The translations under genes were made by a program, and so were the position numbers. This document shows, piece by piece, positions 1 to 12,497 of a stretch of 64,000 bases of DNA; within the stretch, counting starts at the first letter, position 1, and each line of letters begins with the position of its first letter. The notes under the pieces were generated by a model, which had not been told where the DNA came from, did no database searches, and worked only from the letters and a program-made list of their open reading frames with translations. The stretch comes from Camelus ferus (Eukaryota), in assembly GCF_009834535.1 (NCBI RefSeq), contig NC_045696.1, positions 21,764,001 through 21,828,000 on the forward strand, given 5' to 3'.

Positions 1-14
1 AGAAAACAAACAAA

Positions 15-63
15 AACAGATCTGCAGGCGAATTTGGCCTAGACTCCTTGTTTTCAACCCTGG
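15..63 (+). mobile_element. 3' end fragment of a MER58-like hAT-Charlie element
   Basis: gaatttggcc...tttcaaccctg followed by gtttagag resembles the MER58 terminus and a Charlie-type target site. Confidence 0.4.
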
Positions 64-331
64 TTTAGAGGATGATCCAGGTATCCAGTGACTCAAAATA
101 ATTTCCAGATGAAAACCAACCTGGATAGCCCGCAACATATTTGAATATCACTAGCTTTTGACTTGCATGGCTTTCAAAGAAAACCCTTACTCGCAGACTA
201 CCCTCTTGGAAGATAAAAAAAGTCTTAACCACCTAGAAATAATGTAGCCATCTGTGAGCTCCATGAAATCTACACACACTCAATGAAAAGTAAATTCTGC
301 TAGATTTTAGAATTATAATTAATTTGTAGGT

Positions 332-495
332 GCAGTATGGAGTAGCCATGAAAGTATAGATTCTGTGCTCAAACTATTTGACCCTTGCTTTAACACTTAC
401 CAGTGAGACCAGGCAAGTCACTTAGGTATGGCTGAGGGGTTTCAAAGAGGTAACACATATAAGACACTAAGTAAGCACTCAAAAATATTAACAAT
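332..495 (+). mobile_element. Degenerate MIR SINE
   Basis: gcagtatggagtag...cacttaccagtgagaccaggcaagtcacttag...taagcactcaaaaatatta resembles the MIR head and tail. Confidence 0.55.
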
Positions 496-1600
496 TTTTA
501 TTAAGAGACTTTGTAAATAAGTTTTCTGGCATATTTTCTGTATTTGAAAATTAATAAAATATTAATGCGTTAACATCTACTGGATTAGATTAAACCTGAT
601 AGCAGAACTGAGCAAATAATTTACAGATGTGGACGTAGCAATTTATATTGTGGACAAATGGTTTCATTTTGTTAACGTGGAAACAACTTATTTATCTTAA
701 CACATATTAATGCATATGTCATAATTTGTCTTGATACAAGACTTTCTTAATAGACACTTAGGAAGGTGGATCTAAGTGTCCTCTAGTTAAGTCAATGGCT
801 TGTGACATGTGAAATATTCAGCTTTGTTTTACATTTATTCTGCTTTGATGAACACTGCAAATTGAAGACAAATAGGAGAGCAAACTTGTTTAAAATTTAT
901 CTTTGATCTTATACTTTCCTTTTAAAGTGAAAAGTGTGCTAAAGGTAAGATATATTGCCACTTAGCGGGAGATTTATAGAATTATCGTTCAAGAGGGAAA
1001 TCAGCTGTACAACTTCAATTAGAGTTAATAGGGGTTGCGTGGCAGACGCCTCCTGTACCAGGTAGGAAATATGACTGTTGACGCTACTGATGTTAGGGTC
1101 ACATTAAGCCAGTAACTCATGCCACATCTCTGAACTGTCATACTTGGCTCTGATTTCCAGAGAGTCTAAGTATGTTGTCCATTAGCAAGTAAGGAAGCTC
1201 CCACACAAGGCAATACCTTGTGTGATATGTTATCATGACTGAGTAATCAATAGTCTCGAGTCACTAGGTTGTCTTTGTTCAGCTTTAATACTGTGTTAAA
1301 CAAGAGGACTAACCGATTAAATAAGAACGCATTATTTTACATGATGCATGTTCATTACTGAGACATCACTTGAGTACGTTCTCTGAAGCATTATTTTTCC
1401 CCCTATAGTGGTGAAGAGCTTGCCTTCTTAATCATTTACACGTTCTTGAATATCTTCTGGTTTACCAACGGCTTGTGCTTGTGGGGCAGTTGTTTGGATT
1501 TTAAGGTGCCCTGTGTGGCTGTAGAAAGTTGTCTCTCTATAAAACTAAGTAAATGGCAGAAACCCATCTTGCTGACTATTCCGAGCCTTGCTCTGTACGC

Positions 1601-1785
1601 CACTGGTTTTTCAAAGCACGGCCTCTGGTCCAGCAGATCAGCATCACCCGAATACCTGCTACACAGGCAAGTTCCCGGCCCTGCCAGAGAGCTGCCGAGT
1701 CAGAAACTCCAGGCGTGGAGGTCCAGCAGCGTGTGCTAGCAAGCCCTCGGGGATTCCGACGTGATCTGAGGTTAAAGAACCACTC
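1601..1785 (+). mobile_element. MER5A hAT-Charlie non-autonomous DNA transposon
   Basis: TIRs cactggtttttcaaag ... aaagaaccactc; internal cagcatcacc and gagtcagaaactc; degenerate 8-bp TSD ctgtacgc/ctctaaac. Confidence 0.8.
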
Positions 1786-2334
1786 CTCTAAACAAAGATG
1801 GTCTCCAACCCTCACACTCAGCTGCTAGGTCAAAGGAGGTTTTTCTTTTCCAGTAGAGCATCTAAGTGGCAGCAGACATTTTAGGTTAATACTGTACATT
1901 CTGGACATTTCCACTTCTATTTTTGGAGTACTTAACACATCTCTGGGACAGTGGAAGAAGGAGACACCTTCATTGAACAAATCAGAAAATTAAGGCAGAG
2001 AGAAGTAATGGAATAGAACTGAAATGGGGTCTCAGATGGTGGGAAGTGTTTGAACCAGACGTAGGGCTCGCAACCAGACGGACCGCCCAGCTGTTTGGCC
2101 TTAAGCCTGCTGGTGGATTCTTTGAATAACTGCAACAGAGCCGGTATGTGCGGGGTAACTGAAAACCCGTGTCCGTGTAATAAACGTCTGGATTCTATTG
2201 TCTGTTAAAAAATTGAATCAGTTTAGAAAATATGAAGAAAACCAAATGACTACTTTTAAAAATACCCAAACAGTTGAGGTTTATTTTGACGAATTTCAAG
2301 GTCACGTATAACTTTGAGCCAGTATTTATCCTTC

Positions 2335-2500
2335 TATTTTTATTTTTTATTTTTGTTTTTATTGAAGTATAATTGATTTATAATGTTTCAGGTGTACAGC
2401 AAAGTAATTCAGTTATATATCTATATATGTGTGTATATATATATATATATACACACACACATATCCATATATATGTATTCTTTTTGAGATTCTTTTCCAC
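2335..2500 (-). mobile_element. Short L1 3'-end fragment with (TA)n/(CA)n microsatellite
   Basis: T-rich tail, then tttattgaagtataattgatttataatgtttcaggtgtacagcaaagtaattcagttata, typical of a laurasiatherian L1 3' UTR. Confidence 0.75.
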
Positions 2501-3622
2501 TGGGCCTGTATTTATTCTTACCTTGGATTGATACTGTTCCATAAATATAGACGAAGGGTTTAGGATACAGAAATAAAAATCACAATCCCTGCCTTCAAAC
2601 AGCTTGAACGCACTTGTTACTTCTAGAAAAGAAGCAACCTGTGGTTGCCAATGCAACTGATGCTCCTCTATACCCAGGAGAGAGAGGGTGATTTTCTAGA
2701 CCACATTATTTTCCCTCAAATATAGGTCCCAAAGATAATAAAGAATCAGGCAAAAAGTCTCTCTCAGGATAATTTTTAACATAAGCTTGGGTGAAATATT
2801 CTATTGTACCAGTGACTTCAACCAAAGTACACAAGGCTTTAAGTTCCTTCATAAATATAAAAAAGATTAACTTAAAAATTTTGCCCAATTAATGTGAGAA
2901 AGTTTTTGTCAATTCTGTCATTAAATAATGGTACTATGTGTTTATGTGATATTCACTTGCATTACACGGAAATAATCATGTGCAGTAAAATCTAGGTAAT
3001 TAACTGTGAATTGCTATAATTAATATTTATGAAAATTAAAAACTTCATCAATTAAAATCTCAGCTGAAAACATGTGTGCCTATCACTAGAAGTTATATCA
3101 TAGATGTGCCTATTTCAGTTGAAATGTTAAGTTTTTTTCAAATCTGATTGGGCTTGTCTAATGCCAAAAAGTGAATGCTACCCAAGAGAATTAAAATCAA
3201 CTTTATGTGTGAGGTTTTAGTTATTCTAAAGCACCAAATGTGGGATAATTGTCTTTTCCACAAAGACCCTCATAATATTTAGGGCATACCTCCTTTATTA
3301 AAAGGATTAGCTTTTAATACATATTTTACTTGGGATGCTCTCACAGTTGTGCCTTAGAAAATTTCTTAGTACCCAGTAAATTGCCATAATTAAAGTAAGG
3401 AAATGCTTGCTATACAAGTGAATCATAAAAAATTACATACAAATTTTTTTTCGTTGTCATAGTTTCTCCGTGTCCTTACTGAACAGCAAAAGGTTCTCAT
3501 TCTCGACCTTGATTTAAGTGATGGTGAGACTATATACAGATGACTAGCAATTAAACCAAAGTTTTGATCTTCAGTTTTGAATTTATTTGCTAAAAATAAT
3601 TGTATATATTTCTGTCAATTGA

Positions 3623-3817
<195 letters not shown>

Positions 3818-4437
3818 GACTGTTTCCTAAAACAAAGATGAATATGAGGCAGCTTTCCCATTCTACTTTAAGAAGTATGAAAATTGAGAGTTTTGAAAAA
3901 ATTGTTTCTAAAAGCCTTTATTCTTAACTAAGCCACTGAAATGCTGAGTGGAAAAATGATCTTTACAGTACAAAGTAACTTTGAAACAATACATTTTGAT
4001 TTTATTGGGAACAGCTATTCTTTCACAGATATCATTATTTCCTATGGTCTTAATCATTTTTATCATATTCTCTATAAAGGAATGTTATTTTAAAGTATAA
4101 ACTATTACACTTAAAGTTTGAGCAAAATTAGGAAAAGAAAGGAAATAAGACTGTTTTGCACAAAGTATGTTATTGTTTGAAACAGACTGCTATAAATTAT
4201 CTAATTCTAGCTTTGATCACTATTATCAGAATCTCAATTGTCTCCCTACTTTCCTATCCAAATGCATTTCCAATCCATCTTGAGCACATCCTTAATATTT
4301 CCTCCACTTATAAAAAAAATACTTATTGTAAGCTCATGTCACAGACCTGGACTACACTGAATGCACAATTCTCTCAAATAAGCTTATTAAACTAGCTTAG
4401 CAAACTAGTACAAGTCTATATATCACCGCTGTATCAA

Positions 4438-4443
4438 AATAAA
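4438..4443 (+). terminator. Probable TMPRSS15 polyadenylation signal (AATAAA)
   Basis: Canonical AATAAA ~620 nt after the TAG, followed by T-rich sequence. Confidence 0.6.
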
Positions 4444-4825
4444 AGCTAAATTAACTAACACTGTCATTCTTTCATTAGATCATTTTTAACCTGGATTATT
4501 CATACCATCCATTTATTTCAAGCTAGTATTTTTTAGGTTTCAAAAAAAGTAATCAGACATATCAAAGAAATACCACTATTTACCATTTTCTTCTGATAGA
4601 GGTGCTAGAGTGGATATTTCTAACACGTGCAAAACTTATTTAGACACAGCTGAATCGACCATTAGAAGGCCAAAAATGTGGAATAAATGAATTGGCTTCA
4701 CTGCTTTAGTCTCCTGGATCATTTCCAGAGTAAGTGCAAACTTCAGTTTAGCTTACAACACAAAATCTACTGATTTCTTCAGGAAGATTAAATTCATACA
4801 AATTAATACAAATGGGCACATTCAA

Positions 4826-4860
4826 ACACACACATGCATACACACACACACACACACACA
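4826..4860. repeat. (CA)n microsatellite
   Basis: Interrupted CA dinucleotide run. Confidence 0.9.
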
Positions 4861-6096
4861 TTCTTGCATGAGTCTATAAGGTCCAGAGTAATAGAGGAGA
4901 GAGTAAGGTTTAAAAGAATTGGAAGAAGGGATCAGTCAGTTGATATTGGCCTTTCTTATGGAAGAAAGGAGATGTGGGCTACACCCGAGAGGAGTAATCT
5001 TTACTGACATATTGAAGAGGCACTGGAGACCACTGTGTAGGTGGGAGTGACCCTGAAAGTTTAGGGAGAAGGGGCAGTAGATAATCATGAGTTGTCCTAC
5101 CAGAAGACTCTCTCTCTGGGGAATGATCGAGAAGGTGTGGCCAGATGGTTGAGGACTACAAATTTCTGGTTAATAATCATGGGATTTATTCTTAGGACAA
5201 AAACTGGGAGTCCCTGAACACTCTGTTCTTTTTAAGACCTGTCCAATGACCTGTTTCAGATAGGAAAGACGGAGTGTTTAGGAACAATGGAGCAGCAGGG
5301 TGGGGTGTGTTGTTTGATTTTAACCCCTGAATATAGTTTCACAATCCACCTGCATTTCAGAACACACAGTCCAAGTATGTTCTGAGAATACAAATACTCA
5401 CAACAGATATATTTTTATTTTTTATTTTTCAAAGGTCAGCTTAAGAAACCCTGAGGACAGCCTCTCTGCCATCTTCTAATAAGAGAGAAGTTCATTGGCC
5501 CACCCTGCGTAACTCATGGGTTTAGTAATCGATACCAGAAGAGTAATCCAGTCCTGGATCAAGATCAAAGGCAAAATCAAGTCCCTTCCCCATTGCTCTG
5601 CCTCTCCCACCCTGCAGCTGTTGTAGCCATGGGTGGCATAGACAGTGGGGAAAGCCTCGTCTCCCTCTGTCAAGTCCTGACTAAAGGAGTGCATGGTGGG
5701 AGCTGGCAGGCAGGAGGGGGATCCCAGCAGCTGGTCTCCTGTTCTGCCCAGAAAGATGGGTGGCCAGGAAAAGAAAGAGGAGTGCTAAATGTAGAACACA
5801 GCTGCCCAATTCCTCAGTCACTGAGCAGCTGAAAAGGGACTGATGCCCACTGATTTCTATTTTGCCTCTTAATTTTGCCCACCAACTGGACTTGTGAATT
5901 TCTTTAATGCAAGCACGTTTTTATCTAACTGAATCTAACTGAAAAGATGAGGTTTAAAACACTCTACACCCATGACTTCCATTCTCACCACACACAACAG
6001 TAATCTGTTCCCATATATTGTTGCAAACACATCTGTATATTGTGCACTTAAGAGATTTAGATAACACCAATGATCATTCTTCAGGAACACGAACTT

Positions 6097-6102
6097 TTTA
6101 TT
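6097..6102 (-). terminator. Probable CHODL polyadenylation signal (AATAAA), giving a 3' UTR of ~1.3 kb
   Basis: tttatt on + strand = AATAAA on -, ~1.3 kb past the CHODL stop, with GT-rich sequence downstream on the - strand. Confidence 0.7.
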
Positions 6103-7402
6103 TGATTAAAAGGAGCACAGAGACATTTGACGACCAGATAGGTACAGCTCTCTTGAGAAGAAGGAGCCACAAGCATTGAAGAAACTAGAAGATTAGGACA
6201 GAGGCGCCCCAGATTACTGTCCTCGCCACACCCTCGACAACGAACACATGACATTGATGTCTTGCAACCCATTTTCATACTAGTTCATAGTTTCTTTCCT
6301 CCTGGAAATGTCAGTGTGCTGGGCCTTAAGTCCACAGCAGCGGTGACCATTCACCTAGTCCCAACTGTAAAGCCCCTTTATATGCTGATAGAGGCTAACC
6401 AGGTAGGAAAAGCCTTAGGCAAACTCTGCAGCTAATCCACCTCCGGGGTAATCCCAGACCCAAACCACCATCTTTGCTTTGTGGGCAAGGGAGGGACCAC
6501 ATCAATTCCAGAACCCTCATAGAGCTACTTGTGGTTATAATAGGCAACATGTGAAGACAGATGATTTATATTGAGTATGCCACTTTTTTTGTTCGAAATT
6601 GAGTATATTTTTGTTTATATAACTATTAACAAAGTTCTTACAAAATCTGTTGAATTTTAAATTAAAAATAATTGTAAGGCACACATCTTGCACAATTGAA
6701 ATCAGACAATCCTTGCCTCTAAGTAAAATATTTGAGTAGACTGATACCACAGTTCATGAAATAACTTCTTACTTCTGAAGACATTTTCTACACACAGTCT
6801 GACCCAAAGCAGAGAAAGTAAAAGAGGATGAGCCATTTCTAGAAAAGACATTTTTTCCTATGGTAATGTATTTATGTGTGTGTGAAGTCACTTGACAACA
6901 GTGATAAATTTCTTTAGTCAAAACAGCATGTACTGAAAAATGAAACACCGTAAAAATAAATATTAGAACAGTCCACTTTTATCAAACACGTATGTAAAGG
7001 AAAAATACTTTTTGCACACTGTAAATTGCAATGCGATTTACATTACATTAACTAGATTACAACTTATGAACGGTGAAAGAGACAAAAATAACTGCTTCCA
7101 ATGCACATACTTCTGTGACGTGTTGACAGCAATTTTATCTGCATGGTCTATCCCATTTACTTGAAGTTTGGGTGCTTCCTTTAGCAAAATAAGCATGTCT
7201 CACTCCATTATTAGCATAGCGTAGTTTGTAAATGAAAAAGTAACCATATAAAATTATTTTAATATCTGCCTCAAGGGGGAGCTTACAGTTCATCTTGCAG
7301 ATCCTTTGAGATTTCAAAGCCATTCCAAGCTTAGGTTCTGATGCCATTCCTTACACAGATCCAGAATTGCAAAACTCCTTCTGGAGCCAAGCCAGTGAAT
7401 TA

Positions 7403-7487
7403 TTACACTTCCATGCCACTTTCTTTTCTGGTGCTTTTTGAAATCCACAGTGTGGACTGGTTTGGGCTAGTTTTTGTTCTTCCTTTA
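7403..7487 (-). CDS. CHODL: Chondrolectin exon 6 (cytoplasmic tail and stop)
   Basis: Acceptor ttctgtttttcAG; (S)KGRTKTSPNQSTLWISKSTRKESGMEV* followed by a second TAA; phase 2 matches exon 5. Confidence 0.96.
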
Positions 7488-10094
7488 CTGAAAAACAGAA
7501 GAAGAAGTGAGTTCAATGTCTGAGACTTTTCTTATCAAACTAGGCACGTCTTGGTCCACATGGAGATATGTCAGACCCTTATCATGAAAGAGTCTTTCTT
7601 CTCTCAGCAGCGTATGTTTTCATTCCTATAAAAAATTCTAGATTGTTCCAGTATGTGAAGATGGTAAGCAGTTCATATGAAATAATGAAAAATTAAATAA
7701 AACAGATCTTTCTCTGACCCCTCATTGTTTAGAATTCAGATACACAAAAATGTGTCTGACATAGTATCAAAATTTTTATTGTCATCAATAAATCTTCATT
7801 TTCTTTGATCAAGGATTTTTATAATTTTGCTTTTTGAATAATCTGCCACTAATAAATGATGTATTTAATGCCAAATCATCAAAACAGTGCTTTTGTCCTA
7901 AGTATAAGGACTTTCCCAGTCCCCTCCTCCCATCACTTTTTCTGTCCTATAGTTAAGTCACTGAATCCCTGAAAGTTTTAATTTTGCTTCAGTCTCTGAG
8001 ACAAACGTAGTTCAAACCAGATTCAGGTCTGATAAGTCAGGCGTATCTGAGGTCCTCTAGATCTGTAGCCTGTACCTCAGGCTGTGATGGCTTCTAACTT
8101 CTTCCATAAAATGGCCATTTCAAAGACTCCCGCAAAAGTGACTGTTCCTGAGTTTACTCAAGTCATCCTCTTCCAGATACTTATCAAGGTCTAGGTGCCT
8201 TTTGGTCTAGTTTCCTAGGAAGGAGTCCTCATCTGGATCACTAGCCACTTGCTGTCCCTGTCTATTGGGTCCTGTACTTTCTTTCTCCTGCAGACATCCC
8301 CCCCTCCACCAGCATCTGCCCCAATCCCCCAGGCATTCCTTCTACCTCATCCCATCCACTCACTATCAGATGCTGCAGAATTCCTGCAAAGAAAGAAGTC
8401 TTCCTGAACAAGCCTGAGCAATACAATGTTATCATATGACTTAACTGACCTCAATTTACCTGTGAATTGGTTACTAACAAGTTATTATATGACACATTTT
8501 GGAGATATGCATCCAATTAAGTAAGGTCAATACATCTCTATCTATGAAGTCCTCTAACACGAATGGAAAATAAGCCAAGCGAAGTTTATGAAAAACATGA
8601 GATTTTTCTAAACGGTTTAAAAAAAGGAGGGGGGGAGGTGGTTAAGTTATTAATGTGGCTTTTGTGTAGCATTAGTATTTATTTCATTTAAGTTACTACA
8701 GTTAAGGAAACAAGACTTATTATTTTGAACATGACATGGAATGAGAAACCATCATGTGTACCAGATTGGAATTTAAACTTTCTGCAAGGCACTCAGATGA
8801 TAATGGAGTTGAGTCTTTGATGAAGTGTCTCCTTGCTCTCCTGGAAGAAAGGAAAAGGGGAGGATCTAAGAAAGAATGAATTAAGCACTACAGCTAATTC
8901 CGGCATCTGGACGACTCTGTTTCGGTTTATTTTCTCACTCTGAGAATTCCACATAAGTGAAAACTTCACAGAGGTCTTCAGAGTATAAGAACCTGAAAGA
9001 ATTTAGAATGCGCAGAATCTGCATATAACACACTATTTGGAAGAAGGAAAACAAATTTTGGAGAAAACTCAGTCAGTAGCACTTTAGTAATTTTAATTTT
9101 AAAAATGAGAAGGTCTACATATTTTTTTCAAATATTTTTCACACTGATTTGTTATTTATAGTTATTTCTCAAGAGTTTGGCTGGGTTATGGGGGGATTTC
9201 TATCAAATCTCCCTCTAATTTACTGTTTTTCATAATGATAAATTATCTTTACGTCTATAGACTTAGGAATTAAGGTAGAGATTAGACACTGACTATTGTC
9301 TTTATTCTATACAAAATACTGAAAAAGAATTTTAAATGTGACATAAAATAAAAAATAAAAAAAAATACATGAAAGCCTAGAGAACACAAAATGTAGTACT
9401 AATTTGCCAGGCTTTATTTATCATTATTCAAAATGTCTATTTAAATAGCCAGTAAATCACAGGTTGGATTCTTTTAAAAAATTTATGTGAACCATTTAGT
9501 TTATGGCTATTTATTTTTTTCTCAGGGCTCTTTTACTTAGTGGATTCTTTAAGGTTCATTTCAAGAAAAGCAGATGATGAAGTAAAGTCAAAAGAGAAAA
9601 ATGACTTATCTGCAGGTCCTTCCCCAAGGGAAGCATTCTCTTAATTGGTTTTTATTTAAAACACTCTGACAAAGATGTCTAGTTTATTCTAGCAAGCAGG
9701 CATACATTTAAACCCACCATCTTTTCCTTTTCCTTTGATACACATTGATATTTCACATATTAATGTTTTAGTTTACTTGGAAAATTGATACACATGAAAA
9801 AGTTTCACTTCTAACTTAGGGGTATGAGTAAACAGATGTAAAAGAATCTTGCTGTTAAGATATATCATTTTATTTCAAGATGTCTACTAAAAGCGATACA
9901 TTTTTACCATTGTACTGTATTTCCTACACTTAAAAGATCCTGTGACTTCGAGTTTTGAAAAGGAACTACAAAGCACCTACAAGACTCAAGCCTTGCATAC
10001 AACTTGAGGTCAAGATTGAAAGGCTTAGCACTCAAGCTTATGCTTAATTAACAAGAGACAGCACAGTATAGTTGCACACTTTGTAAGCTAATAA

Positions 10095-10245
10095 GCATTC
10101 ACATTCAGATCCACCACACCCTCCAGCTATGAGACCCAAGGCAAACTGGGAAACCCATCCAAGCCGCCATCTTCTCAACTGAAAAACAGAAGCAGAAGGG
10201 TACCTACTTCATTTGGTTTGTGAGGATTAAATGAGATAATTCATG
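10095..10245 (+). mobile_element. MIR SINE in CHODL intron 5
   Basis: gtacctacttcatttggtttgtgaggattaaatgagataat matches the MIR core/3' region. Confidence 0.7.
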
Positions 10246-10423
10246 AATCCCATAATCATGAGGTATATTTTTAGATTATATATACTGGATCTGTACTGAC
10301 AGATATGAAAATCAGAACTTTCTTACGGCAAATTAAATACATGCTTGTATATTAAATTTTTAAAGAGTTCTGAAAACCTACTTAAAGCTTTTTAAGTTGT
10401 CTCTACATATGTGAGTTATTTAC

Positions 10424-10526
10424 CTTTTATGTAGCATCTGGAAACAGCAGGTTCCAAAAGCAACCAGTATCAGTAAGAGCAGTGGGATGGTGGGTATAAC
10501 AACATAGATTAGATTGGGAATTATTC
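10424..10526 (-). CDS. CHODL: Chondrolectin exon 5 (transmembrane helix)
   Basis: ttttatAG...GTaaat boundaries; 103 nt encoding GIIPNLIYVVIPTIPLLLLILVAFGTCCFQMLHK. Confidence 0.96.
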
Positions 10527-12410
10527 CTATAAAAGTAAAACAGTCTTAATGTAAAGACATAGTTGAGGCAGGATTCTAATATCAGAGTTGTAAAAAACTT
10601 TCCAAAAAGTTAAGGCAAAATAGAATTATTATCAATAAGTAAATTCCAAGCAAGGTTCTTCCCCAAATACTGAATAACCTGATGAAGTAATATATTCATG
10701 TTTGGTAAAAAATTAAAAACAAAATCATACTGCATGGTTGTCATGCTCCAGTTAAATATCCCTATTTCCAAAACTATGATTAAATCTGCGATTCAGATTG
10801 GGACTGGTTTCCATAACATATTAATAATCTAAGCTATCTCACTTCATTAATCCTTGTCAGTTATTACTTAGAGAAATAAGCACTGATTATTAAAGAATAA
10901 TGATTATTAATATAATTCTTGATTTATTGGATATGCAATTATCCTACTAATAAGCTCAGTGCCATGATGATATTCATGACTCTCTGGGCTTAAAAAAAAA
11001 ATATGTAAACATTAACCAATGCTACAGTCATAACCTAGAGACATAAGATTCCAGAGGCTTAAACACTTGATCTTAATTAAATTCTAAAATGAGTCATTTT
11101 TAAATCCTCTTCTATTACACATGATAATGTTAGATATTCTTGCTGGAATAAAAAACAGCCACACAGAAGTCCCATATAACTTAAAATGACTTTATTAAAC
11201 AATTTTTCAACATTATAAGAGGGAAACTATTCCTAATATAATAATTTACTGATCTATTAATTTAGATTTACATGTTCTGAATGGTTTTAAAGTTAGACAC
11301 CTGAAAGTGAAAAGGTGAAAAGTGCTAAGGCTTAATATCAAGTCAATAAAAGAAAAGCAAATTGGAAAATTATGCATCTAACTAGCAAATCAAAAGCCAT
11401 CATAATAATTAATCTAAATAATTTTGGTCAAAGTGGACAGGACTTAGACCAAACTATCCATTTTATTGCACATCACTTCCTTTGTTAACTTTAGAAGAAA
11501 AATTAAGCAAGGTCCAGTGATGAGGAGTTTTGGGGATAATCTGCTATGTTTTCACTGACTCTTGAGCCTCCAACATGTGAGTTTAAACTTTTTAAGTATT
11601 CAGGAAATATTTCCTTTCCTATTCAAAATACCATCATGATCCTTTATATATAAGAATAAAGAAAAAGAGAAAGTATTTCCTACTCTTTCATGGATTTTGG
11701 ATAACCTGTGGAAAGATTTTGAGACTTTGGGTCTTTGGCTCAATCTTCACAAAGTAACTAGTATAAATTAGTATTTCTGTCCAACTGGCATCAGGACACA
11801 CTGAAACATACCCCTAACTGATACTAAGAGCAGTTTTTGACCAACATGAAATTTGCATTGGGATTGCATTTCGTGTCTTCTGCAGACAGTGGTATCTGAG
11901 GACACTGAGTTGAAAGCTCATTTATACCTGCTACCCAACTTGCCGTTCAGATGTCACTTTGTAGCTTGAAATTGGCCAGAGTGGAAGTATTCACACCATA
12001 GAAAACTCAAAATCTACAAATTAGGCTTTAAAAAAACCCATCCTACCCGAGTCAGTCCCTAAACATTTACCAGTATTCCCGTTTATAGGCCACTGAATCT
12101 GCCAATTTACATCATAACACTTCCATACTGGGGAATTTCCTTGTGGATCTATGTTTTCATGTGGAAGACTTAGTACTAGATATACCCACTTAAAGTGAAA
12201 ACAAGAAGAAAACAAAACAGATTTTTCTATTCAAAACCCAGCCTAACATCATTGGTTCTAACCTAGTCCTAAAGCAAATTTCCATAGGCCTATATTTTGT
12301 GCACTATTTTATCACCAAGCAACAAGAAAAGTCGGGGTCAACATGAAGCAAAGTTTGAAAGCACATTTTCTGCTCTTCATAGATGAGTTAAAGATATTTG
12401 AACTAATTAC

Positions 12411-12497
12411 CTGCCTCAGTAACAACCACATTTTGATGAGTGTCTCCCGGTTGATTTGTGAAATAAGTCTTTTCCACAGGAGGTGTTGGATTAATCT
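12411..12497 (-). CDS. CHODL: Chondrolectin exon 4 (stalk region)
   Basis: tttacAG...GTaatt; 87 nt encoding EINPTPPVEKTYFTNQPGDTHQNVVVTEA; phase 1/1. Confidence 0.95.
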
